Below, piece after piece: positions 34,903-49,900 of a DNA stretch of 64,000 nucleotides; position 1 is the stretch's first letter, and each line of letters begins with the position of its first letter. The position numbers were made by a program, and so were the translations under genes. Below the pieces are notes generated by a model that was not told the DNA's origin, searched no databases, and saw nothing but the letters and a program-made list of their open reading frames with translations. Origin of the DNA: Lepidodermella squamata. Its lineage: Eukaryota > Animalia > Gastrotricha. The DNA lies in the NCBI GenBank assembly GCA_047495785.1, contig JBLDXI010000036.1:186001-250000 (forward strand). Reading direction: 5' to 3'.

Positions 34903-37900
34903 TTACAAGGGTTGGTATGTTTCGCAAATGGCGCTTTTCGACTTCGCATCACATAAATGGTCGTTCATATAGCGATTCGTTGCATAACCATCGCGGCCTG
35001 AATATTGAGTATACTCCGCGCATTTGTCATTGCCCGGCTCTCCTGGCCCCCACTGCTGGTTCAGCGCCGTGAAATTTGACCCATCGATCCAGTGATAAGC
35101 ACCGGAGAACTTGCTCAAGCCAGTCCAGCCAGACGAGAACCCAGAAGCTGCTAGGGCTGATCGAACGTCCTCCTGCTCTTGAGAAGTTTTTACACTAGCA
35201 AGTTGTCCAAAATTGGCCAAACAAAGGTCTCTAGCCTCATCGCGGCTGATATCACCAGACTTGTTAGCTATGAAGAAGCTCTTCTCAATGGTGTTGCAGG
35301 CCCAATCGGATGAAAATACTTTATCAAGAGGGAAGGTAACCTCATCACGATTGCAGCCATCAGACGCCAGTCTACAAGTTGCCTTACCGCCATCCGATTT
35401 CGCAACGCATCTCAAATATCCATCAGCCTAGAAAATTCGGATAATTTTTTCGAAAATTCAGTCTGCAGTTGAACTTACTGGTGGGGGAACGTAAGGTATA
35501 TACGTTTCGCAAACAGCTGCATCGTATGCGTCCGAGCAAGGTACGTCGTTGAGGTAGAGATCTGAAGGCTGAGAGTCCGCCACGCCGTACTCTTTGTAAA
35601 CGCCACACGAGCCGTCGCCGGAAGGCTCATTTGTACCCCATTGCCATTTCAGGGTGTTCAGAGGTGATCCATCGATCCAGCGTTTAGCCAGTCCCACCCA
35701 AGCCTGCTTAACAGATTGCTTAACCATAAAGCTTCGAACTAGATCCTGCTCATTAGCCGTCATTATCGAAGCTAACTGGCCGGATTTCGCGAAACACAAG
35801 GCGTTTGCTGCGCCCCACTGCTTTGGCGAGTCGAATTTCAGAACAAAGACCTGTTTCGTTAAGTTCTGGCATGAGGCTGTGTTTTCGTAGGTAGCATTTG
35901 ACGGGTGAGGGAATTCATCGCCAATACAGCCCGGGGTTGTTGCACGACAGGTTACAGCGCCAGTGGACGTTGAAACGCAACGAGCCATCGAGGAGCCGGC
36001 CTTTCATAAACAAAAAGATAGAATAATTGGCCATATCGCGAGACAAATTGAAAATTGAATAAAAATTTTAGAAATTTCTCGAAAAATTCCAAAAAAATTT
36101 ACAACAATTCAAAAGATTCACGACTATTTTCTATAGGTTTCGCAAACTTTCTTTCCTATTTTGTCCCTACAACTTCCTGCCTAAGCGCTCAAGGTTGCAA
36201 TTGAAACTTACCGCTGCTGGCGGTTCAAAAAAAGTTTCACAAAGCGCGAAGCGTCTCTGGTCGCCACAATTAACGATTCTTGGATATATATCGGCTGGTC
36301 GGTGATTGGAAGCACCGATCAACTCAAGGGTGGAGCATGAGCCATTTCCACTTGGCGAGAACAAGTCCCAGGGTGTAAAGATGCTGTTGTAGTTTTCGCC
36401 ATCTATCCAGCGCAATTGAGAGGCTTTGGTTAGACCAATCCAAGTTGAATTCGTCGAATTTGCAGTCAGCATTTTCCGAGCTTGATTCAAATCAGCAAAT
36501 GTTTTGATAGTAGCCAGTTGCCCATTTCGAGTTTGACATTGGCCATTCGCGTAATGCCAGCCAGCTTGCTTATCCATTTCGAGCAGAAAATAGGATTTCA
36601 TAGCGTTGCTGCATCCTTCAGCAGTTGAAAATGATGAGTCCAAGGGCACTGTTGCCTCATTTCGAAGGCAGCCGGCCGACCATGGTCGGCATGTTACTGT
36701 ACCGTTAGCCGATCGCGAAACACATCGAGCGTAACCAGTCTGAAACGAGATATTTTAATTGAGAGTTCATAGGCCGATCTGTTCCCTGAAAATTTCGGAT
36801 GAATTGTAATTTGAAAATAAGAGCCCGAATTTTAAATCATTCGCAATTAAATTTGAGCCAAGATTCGTAAAATTCATTTTTATTTGAAATTCCCAGGAAA
36901 TTTTTAAAATTTTCAAAAAAAGTTTGAACTCGACTGCTACTACACTCGTAGAGCACGTTTTTCAAATTCCTGGATTTTTGATAATAGGATGTAATCAAGC
37001 GTTAATGAGCTTAATTTCCAATCTTGAAATAATATTAAATTAAATATTTAATGCATTGAAAAAATTTGTTAAAATCGAACCAAGGTAGTCGACGGGCGGA
37101 AGGTCTCGCAAATGGCGCTATTTGAAGTACCATCGCAGATATGATCGTTCATGTACAAATTCTCATGGTAATCAGCTTGGCTTCCGTATCGCGTGTACTC
37201 AGCGCAGTCATCGTTCCCAGGCTCTCCTGGGCCCCATTGTTGGTACAAGGCTGAGAAATTGCTGTTATCTATCCACCTCCTAATCCCAGATGATTTTTGA
37301 AGACCAGTCCATCCCGACGAGATTCCCGCGTTGAACAGGAAGGCTCGAACCCGGTCCTGCTCGTCAGCTGTTTTAACAGTAGCCAACCGACCAGATTTCG
37401 CCACGCACAACTGCCTCGCTGCGTCGCGGTTCAATGGAGACGACGCGTTGGCAATGAAAATTTGCTTCTTGACCGAGTTGCATTTGAATCTAGCAGAGTA
37501 AACGGTATCGGATGGGTAGGCTAGCTCGTCCGATCGACAATTATCGGGCCGACATGTTACTATATCACCATCAGCTTTATTCACACATCGGAAATAACTT
37601 ATAGACTGGTAAAACATTAAAATTCGCAATGAAGTGAAGTTTTGAAGTTTTGAAGCTAACCTTTGGAGGCTGAGATTGAAACGTTTCACATATGGCATAA
37701 CTTTTCTCGGTGAGGCACTCCTGCATTTGGATGTGGTAACCCTCAGGCTGGACCCTCAAGAACTCAAAACTTGAGCATGAACCACTAGTGGATTGGTCGA
37801 TTAAGAGTTCTGGTATTTCCTTGAAGTTTGACCCGTCAATCCAGCGCAACGTTGTGGTTTTCGTTAGACCAACCCAGGCGGATTCAGCCGATTCATCCTG

Positions 37901-40900
37901 CAACAGATCGCGAGCCATTTGAAGTTCATCAACAGATTTGACTGTAGCCAACTGCCCGCCTTGCGACTGGCACAGGCCATATGCATTATGCCAGGAGGTT
38001 GGTGTGCCAGGCCGTAGTAGGAAGTAACGTTTGCTTGCCCCCAGGCAGTCTGTCTCGTTTGCGAAAGATGTTCCGCGAGGAATCGTGGCTTCTTCTCTCA
38101 AGCAGCCAGCCGGTAATGATCGACAGTTGACAAGTCCGTTAGAAGCCCGAGAAACGCATCGAACATAGCCAGTCTAAGAAGCAATACCGAGAGAATAAAT
38201 ATTTTGTTAATCAGTTCCGTTGAAAAATAATAACAATCAAGCGTTTTTAATACAGTCAAAATTATTCATTTTAAATTCCTACTTAAGCAGTTCAAAAATT
38301 TTAATGTAAATAATTTAATTTAATGAATAGCGAAGGGCGACAAAACAGCAACTTCGCAAAACAGCGAATGCGACAATACAGCAACATCTTAATATGTAAA
38401 AGATGCATTGTGTTTCTGCCGTCACAAGTTGGAAAAAGTTTCTGTTTTTTTTGCGTTTGCTGTGTTGGGAATCTAATAAATAAATAAATAAATGGTACAT
38501 TGCTGTTCTACGACTAAACCGTAGCGTCAATACAGATAGCGACAACTCCGCACGGTCAGCTCCGCAAAATGAATCCAGAATTATTCGATGAATTATTTTG
38601 GCAACAACAACTAACAAGGATTGAGGGTTTCCTCATTGGGTTTAGTTTCAAAAGATTAGTTAATTTTCCTTTCGAAATTATTAAATGGGACACACTGTTA
38701 CACAAAGTTTTCGATCTCGCGTTATTCAATGTGGGTGAGTGTCCAGTCTTTTACTATTAAAACTATTGCTTACCAGATTAGCCTGCGTTGGGGCGTAAGT
38801 TTCACACACCGCTGCTGTATGCCAGCTGTCGCAAACCACGTCCGCCAGATACAGGTTTGTATGATAATCGCCGTCTGTTGCAGCCATCCCATAAGCCGCG
38901 CAGGTTTCTAAATATCGATCCTCTGATCCTAATGAGGCACCCGGCTCGCTTGGCCCCCATTGCTGAGGCAAGGCAACGAAGTTGCTGCTATCGGGCCACG
39001 TAAAAACGCCGTTAATTTTCACCAGGCCCACCCAAGCTCGGTCAAGCGATCCGGCGAATAACAATGCCCTCAGCTGATCTTGTTCATCAACAGTTTTGAT
39101 AGAAGCTAGATCGCCAGATTTCGAATAGCAGAGGTTTCGCGCTGTGTATTGATCGATAGGATCTTGGGATGTTACAATGAATAGCTGTTTTTGGGCATTC
39201 AGGCACTCATCTGCGTTGTTGAACACGGCGTCTAGAGGGTAGGTAACTTCATCATTTCGACAGCCTGTGGAAGCAGCTCGGCATAATGCACCTCCCCCAG
39301 CAGCTACGCAACGAACATAACGGTCCTGAAATCGAAAGCAGAAACCATTAAGGAGGTATATCCTCGAAATCCTTCAAGTTTTATATCAATTCTAGAATAT
39401 TGTGTTCCCCCTTGAATTTTTTACACGAAACTGAAAGAGTTACCTGTGATGATTCACGAATGGTGTATTTTTCGCAGACGGCTCGACCATACAAGTGGTT
39501 GCAAGGGCTGCTGACGAGATAAAAACCGGCGGCGAAAGACCTTTCACTTGGCATAAAATCGTATATTGCGCATATCGATTGATAATCGATCGGTTGCCGT
39601 GGTCCCCATTGCAGTGAGAAATTTCCTAGTGGAGACCCGTCAATCCAGCTTGTTGTTGCTGTTTTGTAGAATCCAACCCATGTTTCATCAGGGTAGAATT
39701 CCTTGAATAATCTGCGAACAATGGCTTGCTCAGTTGCACTTGTGATACTAGCAAGCTGCCCTGCTTGTTTAGCGCATTCAGCGTTCGCATCTGTGAAAGT
39801 CTTTCGGCCGCCCAAATCCAAAAGATAGAACTCTTTGCGCAGGCTAAGGCATTGCGTTTCATTGACGTAGGATTCGTTCGCCGGGAAAGGTATCTCATCG
39901 CTAAGACACCGCTGTCGGCATGCCGCTGCGCCATTTGAAACTGATACACATCTCATAAAGCCAGACTATTCGGGTAAAAAGAAAAAGTCGGAATAATAAT
40001 TTATTTCATATTCCTAACCATAACCCATCAATTCTGAATTACAATCAAATCCCATATGCATAATCCTGACCTTGAAATTTAGGATCAGGCATTATATGGT
40101 TAATCCCAATCTCTAATTATCTTTCCCAAGATTGACTGCATCTCCAAATCCCTACACCTTTATTCTAACCTCTAGCCCTAACCCTGAAGTCCAACCAAGC
40201 CATAACCTCTGCACTATCCTAACACTAACCCTAACTTGATTCCGCACCTAAATTATCTGTTCCAAAATCGATTATTTCTGAACTCCCTAAACCCTAGACC
40301 CTAAAGCTATCCCTGAACCCCAACCAAGCTCTGCATAATCCTGATCATGATCCCAACCCTAATCTCAAGCTCCTATCATCTACCTATTATCTTTCCCAAG
40401 ACTTACTACTTACTGCATTGTTTTCGTAATTTGTAATTCATGAAGCCTGAATCTCAACCTAACCATAATTATTATGCTACACCTTTTCCATTTGCATTTT
40501 GCCGCGGCACAATTGTATTTTGCCGTTTTATTTTTAGCATGAACTTGTTCACGTGAATGGTGGCTGTTATTTTTTGAATACGACGACGAAGAAGACGCAA
40601 AAAATAACAGCCATCATTCACGTGAACAAGTTCAGCTAAAAATAGAACGGCAAAATACAATTTTGAAAAGGTGTAGATGAAAATTTCGTCCCTGCCAAAT
40701 GGAAAACCAAAATCAAAATTCCTTACCGAAATTTGCTGTACTACGTATGTTTCGCAGACAGCGTAGTTATTTAAATTTCTACATTCTGAATCAGTAAGAT
40801 AGTAACCAGCCAATGCTATTTCCGGAGAATACATGTTGCCGTAGGAAAAGCACTTCCTGTAATTGGTGCCCAGCAGAGCGGAGCCAAGTAGCGGTGATAT

Positions 40901-43900
40901 CGGCGAGTACTTGGCACCATCGATCCATCGCAGTTCCGAATTAGATTTAACCAGGCCGACCCAAGCCGAGCGCACGTTTTCTGCCGAGAGCAAATTACTA
41001 GCATGCCTAAGCTCACTAGCTGTTTTCAAAGCCGCAAGTTGGCCACTCTGCGATCGACATCTCGCATTCGCTCCGTTCCAGTCAAGGCCGTTGTTGAAGC
41101 TCAGTAGGAAAATCTTCCTTTCGGCTCTCAAACAGTCAGCTTCACTAGCGAAGGATGTTCTAACGGGTAGCGTGACTTCATCCCTCGAACAGCCGTTAGA
41201 CCATGGCCTGCATGTAACGGCACCCTCCGCCGATCTCAAAACACAGCGAGCGTAGCCATCCTGTAGAAAGCAAATAGTTCAAACTGGAGAAATATACTGA
41301 GAAAACCACGTACAGGTCTGTTATAAGCCGCGAATGTCTCACATATCGCATTCTTCGCAGATCCGAAGCAGTAGTAGCTTTTCGTCAGGTACACATTTTC
41401 TGGCAAATTTCCTTGCTGGTTTCGGGAATATTTCAAACACTGGTAATCAGAGATTGGCACATTACTAGGCCCCCATTGATCACTTAGCGCTGAGAAGTCA
41501 CCGCCATCGACCCAGTGAGATTCGCCACCACTTTGCAGTAAGCCAACCCAGGCATCTTCATCGTTGGACGTCGAATTGGTAAACATAAGGTCCCGCAGTT
41601 CCTCCTGCTCGTCGGCTGTTTTAATTGTCGCCAATTGCGCTGATTCCGCTGCGCATTCATCGTAAGCCTGGTCGTATGTCACATATCCGGCGGGTAGTGA
41701 AAATGCTTTGAACAGCTGTTTCTTCGCTCCGATGCATGCTTCCTCACTTGTGAATCGCACGTTCGGCGGAAATGTGACTTCGAACTGCCCGCAGCCAGGC
41801 AAAATCGGACGACAAGCAACGACTCCGCCTCGTCTTTTCGCAACGCATCGAACGTAAGTGGACTATAAAAAATCGTATTTGAATAAATTTTTCGAATAAG
41901 AAGGTTTCCAATCTAATCCATATCCTAAAGGAGCCCAAAGAAAATAACAGACCCTACTTCAGATGAATTCGCTGCTACTTCAGATAAAGATTATCTGTGT
42001 TACGGAACTAAAAACACCCAAGCGTAAAATTAAAAGAAAAATTAAAACAATAATATAATTAATATAATTAATAGATAAACATTTCGTGTCTCAATTGAAC
42101 TTCTTTACTGACCCTAGCGAAAAAAGTCTTCGCGTGTACATGCATCGACTATGCATTGACGTGCATGTCGGTGGCGCTATGCATCGGCTATGCATGTGAA
42201 TGTATATTGCGTGCATGTACACGCTAGAAAATCAACGCGTTTACATGCGTAGTGAGTGCACAGCGGTTGCATGTGCATAGTTGCTGCGACACATCGACAA
42301 CACATCGACGTGCATAGAAGATGCATAGCGCATGTGAAGCAAATGAATGGCAATGCATAGCGAGGGTGTAAAATACCTAGAATCGGAATCTGTATGCCGT
42401 GATCCGAGATCGATGGAAATCACTTGAGTGATCAATTATTGTAAAATTTAGAAATCCACCTAAATAAAACGTTAGCTGTAATTTTTGCGTTTCCAACTTT
42501 GCTGTTATTGTTTCTTCTACGCATTATATCTTCATAAAGCAGCATTGTTTGTTCTTTCCACCCAATAAGCGCTATTTCAACCTCTCACGGTTCAACCTCC
42601 TACTTCTGCAACACCATGCTCTGAATGAGTTTTAAATTTTACCCAAACTATAGCGCTAGGGAACCATCTCATCTCATCTTTTTCATTTAGCCTAAGAAAA
42701 ACTAATTGTTTAACTGTCCTCACAACGCAAGCGTTCTTCTAAACGGTTAATGCGTCTTTATTATATTGCATTATCAATAGACAATTCTAAACCAATTCCT
42801 TTCTCAGATGATGAAGTCACGAGTATTTTTTTAACCATCCTATATTTAATTATTTGAACTTGGCGACTTAGCCTTGGCGAGCCTTGCTTTTGCTACCACG
42901 TCTACTGAGATTTGAAATGTGCCACGACCTGCTCGCATTTTTGGGTCGGCGGTTCGCATTATTAGGGGTAATAAAAATAAGGCACGCGCGCAGACTGGCC
43001 ACACTATGGCTAGCCATGTCGCTCGTTTTTACTTATTACGCTCGTCGTCATTCATAAAATAACGTTCGCTAGCTAAAAAGCTGAAGGCCTAAGTTTTCGA
43101 TTATTCTTATCACTTTCAATATCATGCCATGCTTGATATTGAACGACCATTAAAATGACGCGCCTGGCGAAGCGCAAGAGGTTCTGAAGTTAATTTTGCT
43201 GCTCTTGAAAATTATGCAAATTATGAAAGTGTATTGCAGCTAGGTCTGTGTCAAGCTTAGGCATGCAATTATTCAAATGGCCTTAAACCTATCACGCTGT
43301 CTCATGTAAGTGGAGACTTGATACTTATTTCTGCATAACTATTGATTTGCTATCGATAGGCTGGAAGAAGAGGTAATTGGCTGGGCTGTCGATTCGCATG
43401 GGGCGGAGGGTTCGAACCCTTAGCTGTCATCCGACGCTTATCATCTTAGAGCTTGGTAAGCATTACGCCTTACCCTGTTGTTTTAGTTTTTCCTTGAGCG
43501 TTTGGTGTATAGATTATAACTGTTTTAATTTTCGAATTATTTTCCGAGCCCCGGCTGCCCGCGGAACGAGCTATTTCGCGTTTGTGACTGGCAATACGAG
43601 ATTGCCCGGCTGCGCCAAAATTTTATCGGGCAAGAAAACCCTTTTCAAGATGTGTTACGCGATGACAAGAAGACGGAGAAGAAGACAACGATGATGAAGT
43701 TGATCTAAGTTGAAGTTAAGGCGAAGGCAACAAAGATGCTGAGGATGAATGTTTCAAGTGTTCGCTATGTTAAGTAAGTACATGTAAACTTGATGGATTT
43801 TTCTCAAATCCTGAGCCATTTAATATTTTATCAGGTTCTGTGGTATGGTGTTTGGATTTCGCGCGCGGTGCGGTGAATTCTTCAAAGTCAGGGTGACTCG

Positions 43901-46900
43901 AGTTATTTCGGTGGTGTACTTGACCACCTGGAAATTGGTGGACAAGTCGCTCATGGTTGCGATCAATATCCTCTATTGTGCCTTTCAAATTGTGTCGATT
44001 TTATCCTATTGTCCTATGGTTTCTGATTCTAATCTCCTCTCTGCAACCTCTTTCGCGTTGTCTTGGCCGCTTTTCTGAGTAAAGAAGTGTGAACTGGTGA
44101 CTTTGACTTCTAAATTTGATAGCGAAATCTGCATATGGGTGGGTAGGGTAGGGTAGGGTAGAGTACCAGTGGTACGCCAGTGGTACCATCAGGTCGAGCG
44201 GATGCAGTAGGCGCAGTAGCCCACCAACAGCGTGTACATGCATATGAGTTGCATGTTGCTTGTGTTCACTTGTATAGCCGATGCAAGGCAGTGACTTGTG
44301 ATTACTCGCACTTTCGACACATCGGCAATTGAATAACTCACAATGGCGACGCATCGGTTTCCAACGCATCGGCTACACATGCGCGCGCATCGACAACGCA
44401 ACGACTATGCATGTAAACGCGCTAAGCTATACATCCACTATACATCGCCGATGCATAGCCATCGCATGCCAACGCGTTGTGGTTTTTTAACTAGGGGATA
44501 GATTCCTAAGTTTCCTTACATTTTCTTCGGAACTGGTAACGAAAGTCTCACAGACAGCGCCATAAGATGTGCCAGCACAAGATACTTCTTTAAGGTAGAA
44601 TCCAGTTGGGGTCGTAAGATCGCCTTGGAAGTGTTCGTAGATGCCACAAGAGCCGCTAATTTCCTGATCGCTCAGCACCATACGGCTGAATAAATTGACA
44701 TATTCCGAACCATCGATCCAGCGAGGTTTCAAAAGACCAACCCAAGCTGAGTTCACTCCACCTTCGGCCATTGCCTTTCGCACGGAATCTTCCTCTGTAG
44801 CTGTCGTAATCGTCGCAAGCTGCCCGGACAGGTCGGAACATAGCTCGTTCGCATCGCGCCAAGATTGGCCCTCTGTAAATTTGATCGCCAAGTATTGTTT
44901 ACGTTGATTCAAACATGATGCTTCGTCCTCAAAGATAATGCCCCGAGGAAGAGAATCTTCATCAGCGCGGCAGCCAACTGCCGTAGATCGACAGGCCACA
45001 TTGCCGTTCAAGGACGAAACACAGCGAGCGAAACCGGTCTAGATTAGAGGATATAAATCTAAGTAATGGGATCTTTAGTTGAAATGAAACATACCGAGGG
45101 CAGCTTTGGCTCGAAAGTCTCGCAAACAGCCGCAGTTTTTAGGTCATCACACGGCACGTCGTTGAAGTACAGCATTTCGGAATCCCGTGTGCCCAGCTCA
45201 ACACACTGCCCATCGCCGGACGGCTCAACCGTATGCCACTGTTGATGGATGGGCCTCAATCTCGCGCCATCAATCCAAGCGAACTTAGATGAATCTGAGT
45301 CGTACCTCAGACCAATCCAGGCAGGCAGTTTTGATGCGTTGCTGCTGAGAAGCTCACGGGCTTGATTCAACTCAATCGGCGTTTTCAGCGTGGCGAGGCG
45401 GCCATTTACTTGGCTACAGGCTCGGCTAGCCGCATCGTAGTCGGACGCGGGTGATAGGTCAGCTTTGAATAGCCTTTTTACAGCGTAGAGGCATTCGAAT
45501 TTGTTGATGACACCAAACTTCGGCGGGAAATGTTCTTCGCCATTCGAGCATTGCTGGCGACATGAGACTCTTCCGTTTATATATGGATCGAAACATCGAA
45601 CGAGAGGCTGTAAAAATCAGTTCAATAATCTTGTTCAAAAACGGTTTAGGGCACACTCTCATTTTATACAATCTTTCGAGTTTGAGAATTTTCCCACCAA
45701 CCACAATACCGTAATCCGGTACAACTTTGAACAGGTACAACTTTGAACATTTCACACAAATAAGCTTTTCTCTGAAACCATGGGGATCTACCGCTTGGGA
45801 ATTTACTGAATATAGGTTGAGATCTAACATTTTGCCAAGTTTCATCAACACAGCCCCCAAAGTCTCTTCCTTAAAAATTCCGAAAAAACAAAGTTTTTGG
45901 TCTACTTTGAAGTGTTGTCCAGCGATAATTGTACTTTTGGGGTACCCCTTGCCAAATCCTTACGCTTGCAAATTTCCGAGAATAAAAAATATCAGGATTT
46001 TACGGTGGGCGGCCCCGGTCGAACTACCTTGAATTTTCACATCACAATGAAGTTTGCATGGACGTAGGTGTTCAAAGTTGTACCGGATTACGGTATTTCG
46101 AATTTTTGAATATATGAATTGAATTTATTTCAATTAATGATTCATGCTTTGCCCCATGGACCCCCATTTATCAATCAAAATCAATCTGAAATCATTTACT
46201 TGTGGATTCATTAAAAAATCCCAGTAAATCTAATATAAAGAGCTTGGAAATTATAATCCCAGGGTAAACCAAAAAATTCTGGTCAAAATAAAGCAAAATT
46301 GGTAAAAAAAATGGGTCGAAATCAAATAAAATCCGATTCTCCAGTAACCAAACACCTTGATTTTTGGCAACTTTACGACACCAGGCTCGAAAATTGTTAC
46401 AGACAATCCAAAAAGTTGACGCATCAATAAACTTACTGAAGGAAATTTCAGACTGGCAAACTTCTCACAAATAGCCCCTTTCGCTGTCATCGAACATGCC
46501 ACATCAGCCAGATATGTACCACCAGGCAGCGAAGCTGTTAACTCGAAACTTTCGTAAACTCCACATTGGCCATCACTACCAGGGTTCCCCGGGCCCCACT
46601 GCCTTCCTAGTCTTTGAAATCGCGAGCCATCAATCCAGCCGAAATCAGCTGTCTTCGTAAGGCCAACCCACGCCTGGTTAAGGTAACTCGCCGGGTACTC
46701 AGCCATGAGCTCAGTCACTTGTCGGTGCTCGACCAGAGTCCTGATAGACGCTAAGCGTCCATTTCTCAGGCTGCATTCTTCATTCGCCATGTCCCAAGTC
46801 GCTGGAACATCGAATATAATCGGGAAGTATTCCTTTTCAGATATGGAGCATTCGTTCAACGTGGAATAACTCATTGCGAGTTGATCTACTATCTCGTCGC

Positions 46901-49900
46901 CAATACAGCCATCCGTTATCGCCCGACAAGAACTTTCACCCGTAGAGAACGAAATGCATCGAAGGTAACCGGGCTGAATAAAAGAAAAAAAATCATGAAA
47001 AAATATCGTCGGAAATGTTGTGAAGAACCCACCACAGGCAGCTCATAGCTGAAAGATTCGCACAGTGCAAAGTCTTTTCCCAGGGAAGGCTGGTCGAGTC
47101 GAAGGAAAAAGTTAGTAGGCTTCACTTCGGCTCGATCGAATGTGACAATCGAGCCAAAGGAGTCTTCAAGGCTGTTCGGGGCAGGCTCAGCTACTCCTGG
47201 CAGCTGGGCGTAATTTGCGCCATCTGACCATTTCAAAGCTGATTCACCGCGGACAAGACCGATCCAAGCCGAGTCGATTGATCTGCTGGTCAAGAGTTGG
47301 CGAACTTGTTGAAACTCGGCGGCTGATTTTATTGTCGCGAGCTGGCATTTGCCCGATGCTTCGTGCCAACTACCGCGTGATTCCAGGATGGAATATTTTT
47401 TCTTAGCTTCAATACATTGAGCCTCAGACTGGAAAGGCGTCGAGGCCTGAGCTGTTGTTTCGTGGCGTTCGCAGCCTGGAGGAAACTGGCGGCAAGCTAC
47501 CTGACCACCATTGGACCTTGAAACGCAACGAACGTACGCGGCCTTAAAAACAACATTATAAAACAAATTACTCTGAAAACATACAAGCATATAAAGTTGA
47601 CGGAATGTTTTAATTAATTTCGAAAACTCTCAATTTCGTTTGTTTTTTCTTTGAAATTTTTGATGCAAAAAGCAGCGCATAGAATTTTCAACGATTTTTC
47701 TTCTTAGGAACAAAGTAGAATTCTCGAACTAGGGGATATTTGCGAGCCCAAATTTTATAACCGAAGAAATAGAAAATCAAATCAAATCAAATAAAAGTCA
47801 CTTGAGGCCCTTTTCTCAATTTCGAGAGCTTTCAATGTCCATATATACCTAATTTAGCTTCTACCATTCCTGAATATAAAAGACTAAGTGAAAGCTGAGC
47901 ACGATCCGTTAGTAAATTCGTGAATTATTTAACGGTTATTGTCATAAAATCCTCACCTGTCGACTTCCTTCCCGATAGGTCTCGCAGATAGCGAAGTGAG
48001 CAGCAGCATCGCACGGAGCATCATTTATGTACAAAAGCGAGTGATAATCTCCTGCAGTGCTGTAGCTAATATAAGCCACGCATGTGTCGTAGCTGTTTGG
48101 CTCACCCGGCCCCCATTGTTGGTCGAGCGGCGTGAACTCTGAGCCATCAATCCACGTGTACTTGTCGGAAATCATCTTAAGACCGATCCAGGCTGTATTT
48201 GAAGATCTCGCGTAAAGCAGAGCTCGAACTTGGTCTTGCTCGTCGGCTGTTTTTACCGAGGCGAGTCGCGCGGAGCTTTTCAGACACAGTTGTCGGGCGT
48301 CCTCGAAGCTGAGTCCTTGCAATGCGTCTGGAATAAATAAAACCTTGGCAGCATATTGGCAGGTTAGGTCAGTTGAAAAGGCAAGATCGCGAGGAAGTGT
48401 TTGCTCTTCTCTTCGGCAGCCCGAATCATAAGGCCGGCAGGCTACTTCACCATTTCTTGCCACGCACCGAACGAAACCAGCCTGAAACAAGATAAGATTT
48501 TCCCATATCGAAGACTGAAATATTTCGATTAGGAAAAAGGTACTCGCGCCAAAACTGTATTACAAATTCTTGAAAAATGAAGAATTTACTCAACCAACCT
48601 TGACGATTGGGTCTTCGAAGGTCTCGCAGATCGCAGCTTGGATCGTTGAATCACAGGGAACATTTTTCAGGTAATATATCTCCTGCGCCGAAAACGGGAA
48701 GTACGCAGCACAGGAATCTTCGCCCGGGCCATCGAGGCCCCATTGGTCAGAGAGCTCACTGAACATCGATCCATCGTTCCAGGTCCGATTGCCTGAAATT
48801 CCGGTCAAGCCAACCCAGGCAGACAAGGTTGGTGAGCTCGAAAGCATCAGCCTCGTTAATTCGACTTGATCATCAGCCGACTTGATAGTCGCAAGCTGTG
48901 CCGATTTCGAAGAGCAGAGATGCCGAGCGGTTAATCGGTTGATTGGCTCAAAGGTAGCCTCGATGAACAGCGTTTTGCGCGCAAACTTGCAGTCGAATTC
49001 TGAGAGATAGATTTTCTCATTCGGAAAGGTAACCTCCAGTCTATCGCAACCACGTTCGGTTGGTCTACAAACAGCAGAACCTTCGCCATATTTAGCTACA
49101 CAACGAACAAAGCCCTATGGATATATAAAATAAAAATCGGATTTAGGCGGAGAATAAAATTAAACTCACGCTGGAAAGAGCTCTTGGTCGTAAGGATTGG
49201 CATATAGCACCATTTAAGGTAGCTGAGCACGAGAGGCTGTTGAGGTAATAATCAGGAGCTCGGGAATTCGAAGCGGTGAGAAATTCATAGATTCCACAAG
49301 AATCGACTGGGATAGGGTCGAGGTTCCGAATTCGCCCAGGAAGCTCAAGATAAGGCGACCCATCCAGCCACCCCAGCTTATCAGCATTCGTCAGCCCAAC
49401 CCAAGCTTTATTCATAGATTCGCCCGAAATTAGGTTGCGAGCGATTTCTTGCTCTGTAGCCGTAGTTATCGAAGCCAATTGGCCTGAAGCTTCGGAGCAG
49501 GCATCTTTAGCTTCGAGCCAGGTTTTCGCTACATCAAACTTGAGGATAAAGAGACGTTTTTCCTGGTTTGAACATTCGGAGCGGTTGGAATAGATGACGT
49601 CAGGTGGCGAGTGGGCTTCATCACGAGCACATCCGATCGACCTCCGCCGGCATGTCGCTGTTCCAGTTACAGATGACACGCACCTTTTGAAGCCGGCCTA
49701 GAAACAAAAATAAAAATGTGAATCTTTGATAAACCCCTAAATTGAAATTTTGAAAAACAAATTTTAAAATAAATTTTAGGAAATGTTCGAGATAATGTTC
49801 AAAATGTGACCAGAGCAACTTACGAGTCGTACATCGGCCATGCATTTGCCATAGTTATCCGCAAAACTGTTCTCGAAAGCGTAAATTTTGACCTTGAATA

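Noticed and set aside
40010-40470. TAACCC-like tracts as telomeres
   Set aside because: Degenerate, intronic and dispersed; more likely part of common repeats.
43377-44401. Short ORFs inside the 42112-44496 element as a transposase
   Set aside because: No DDE or other recognisable motifs; largely products of subterminal repeats.
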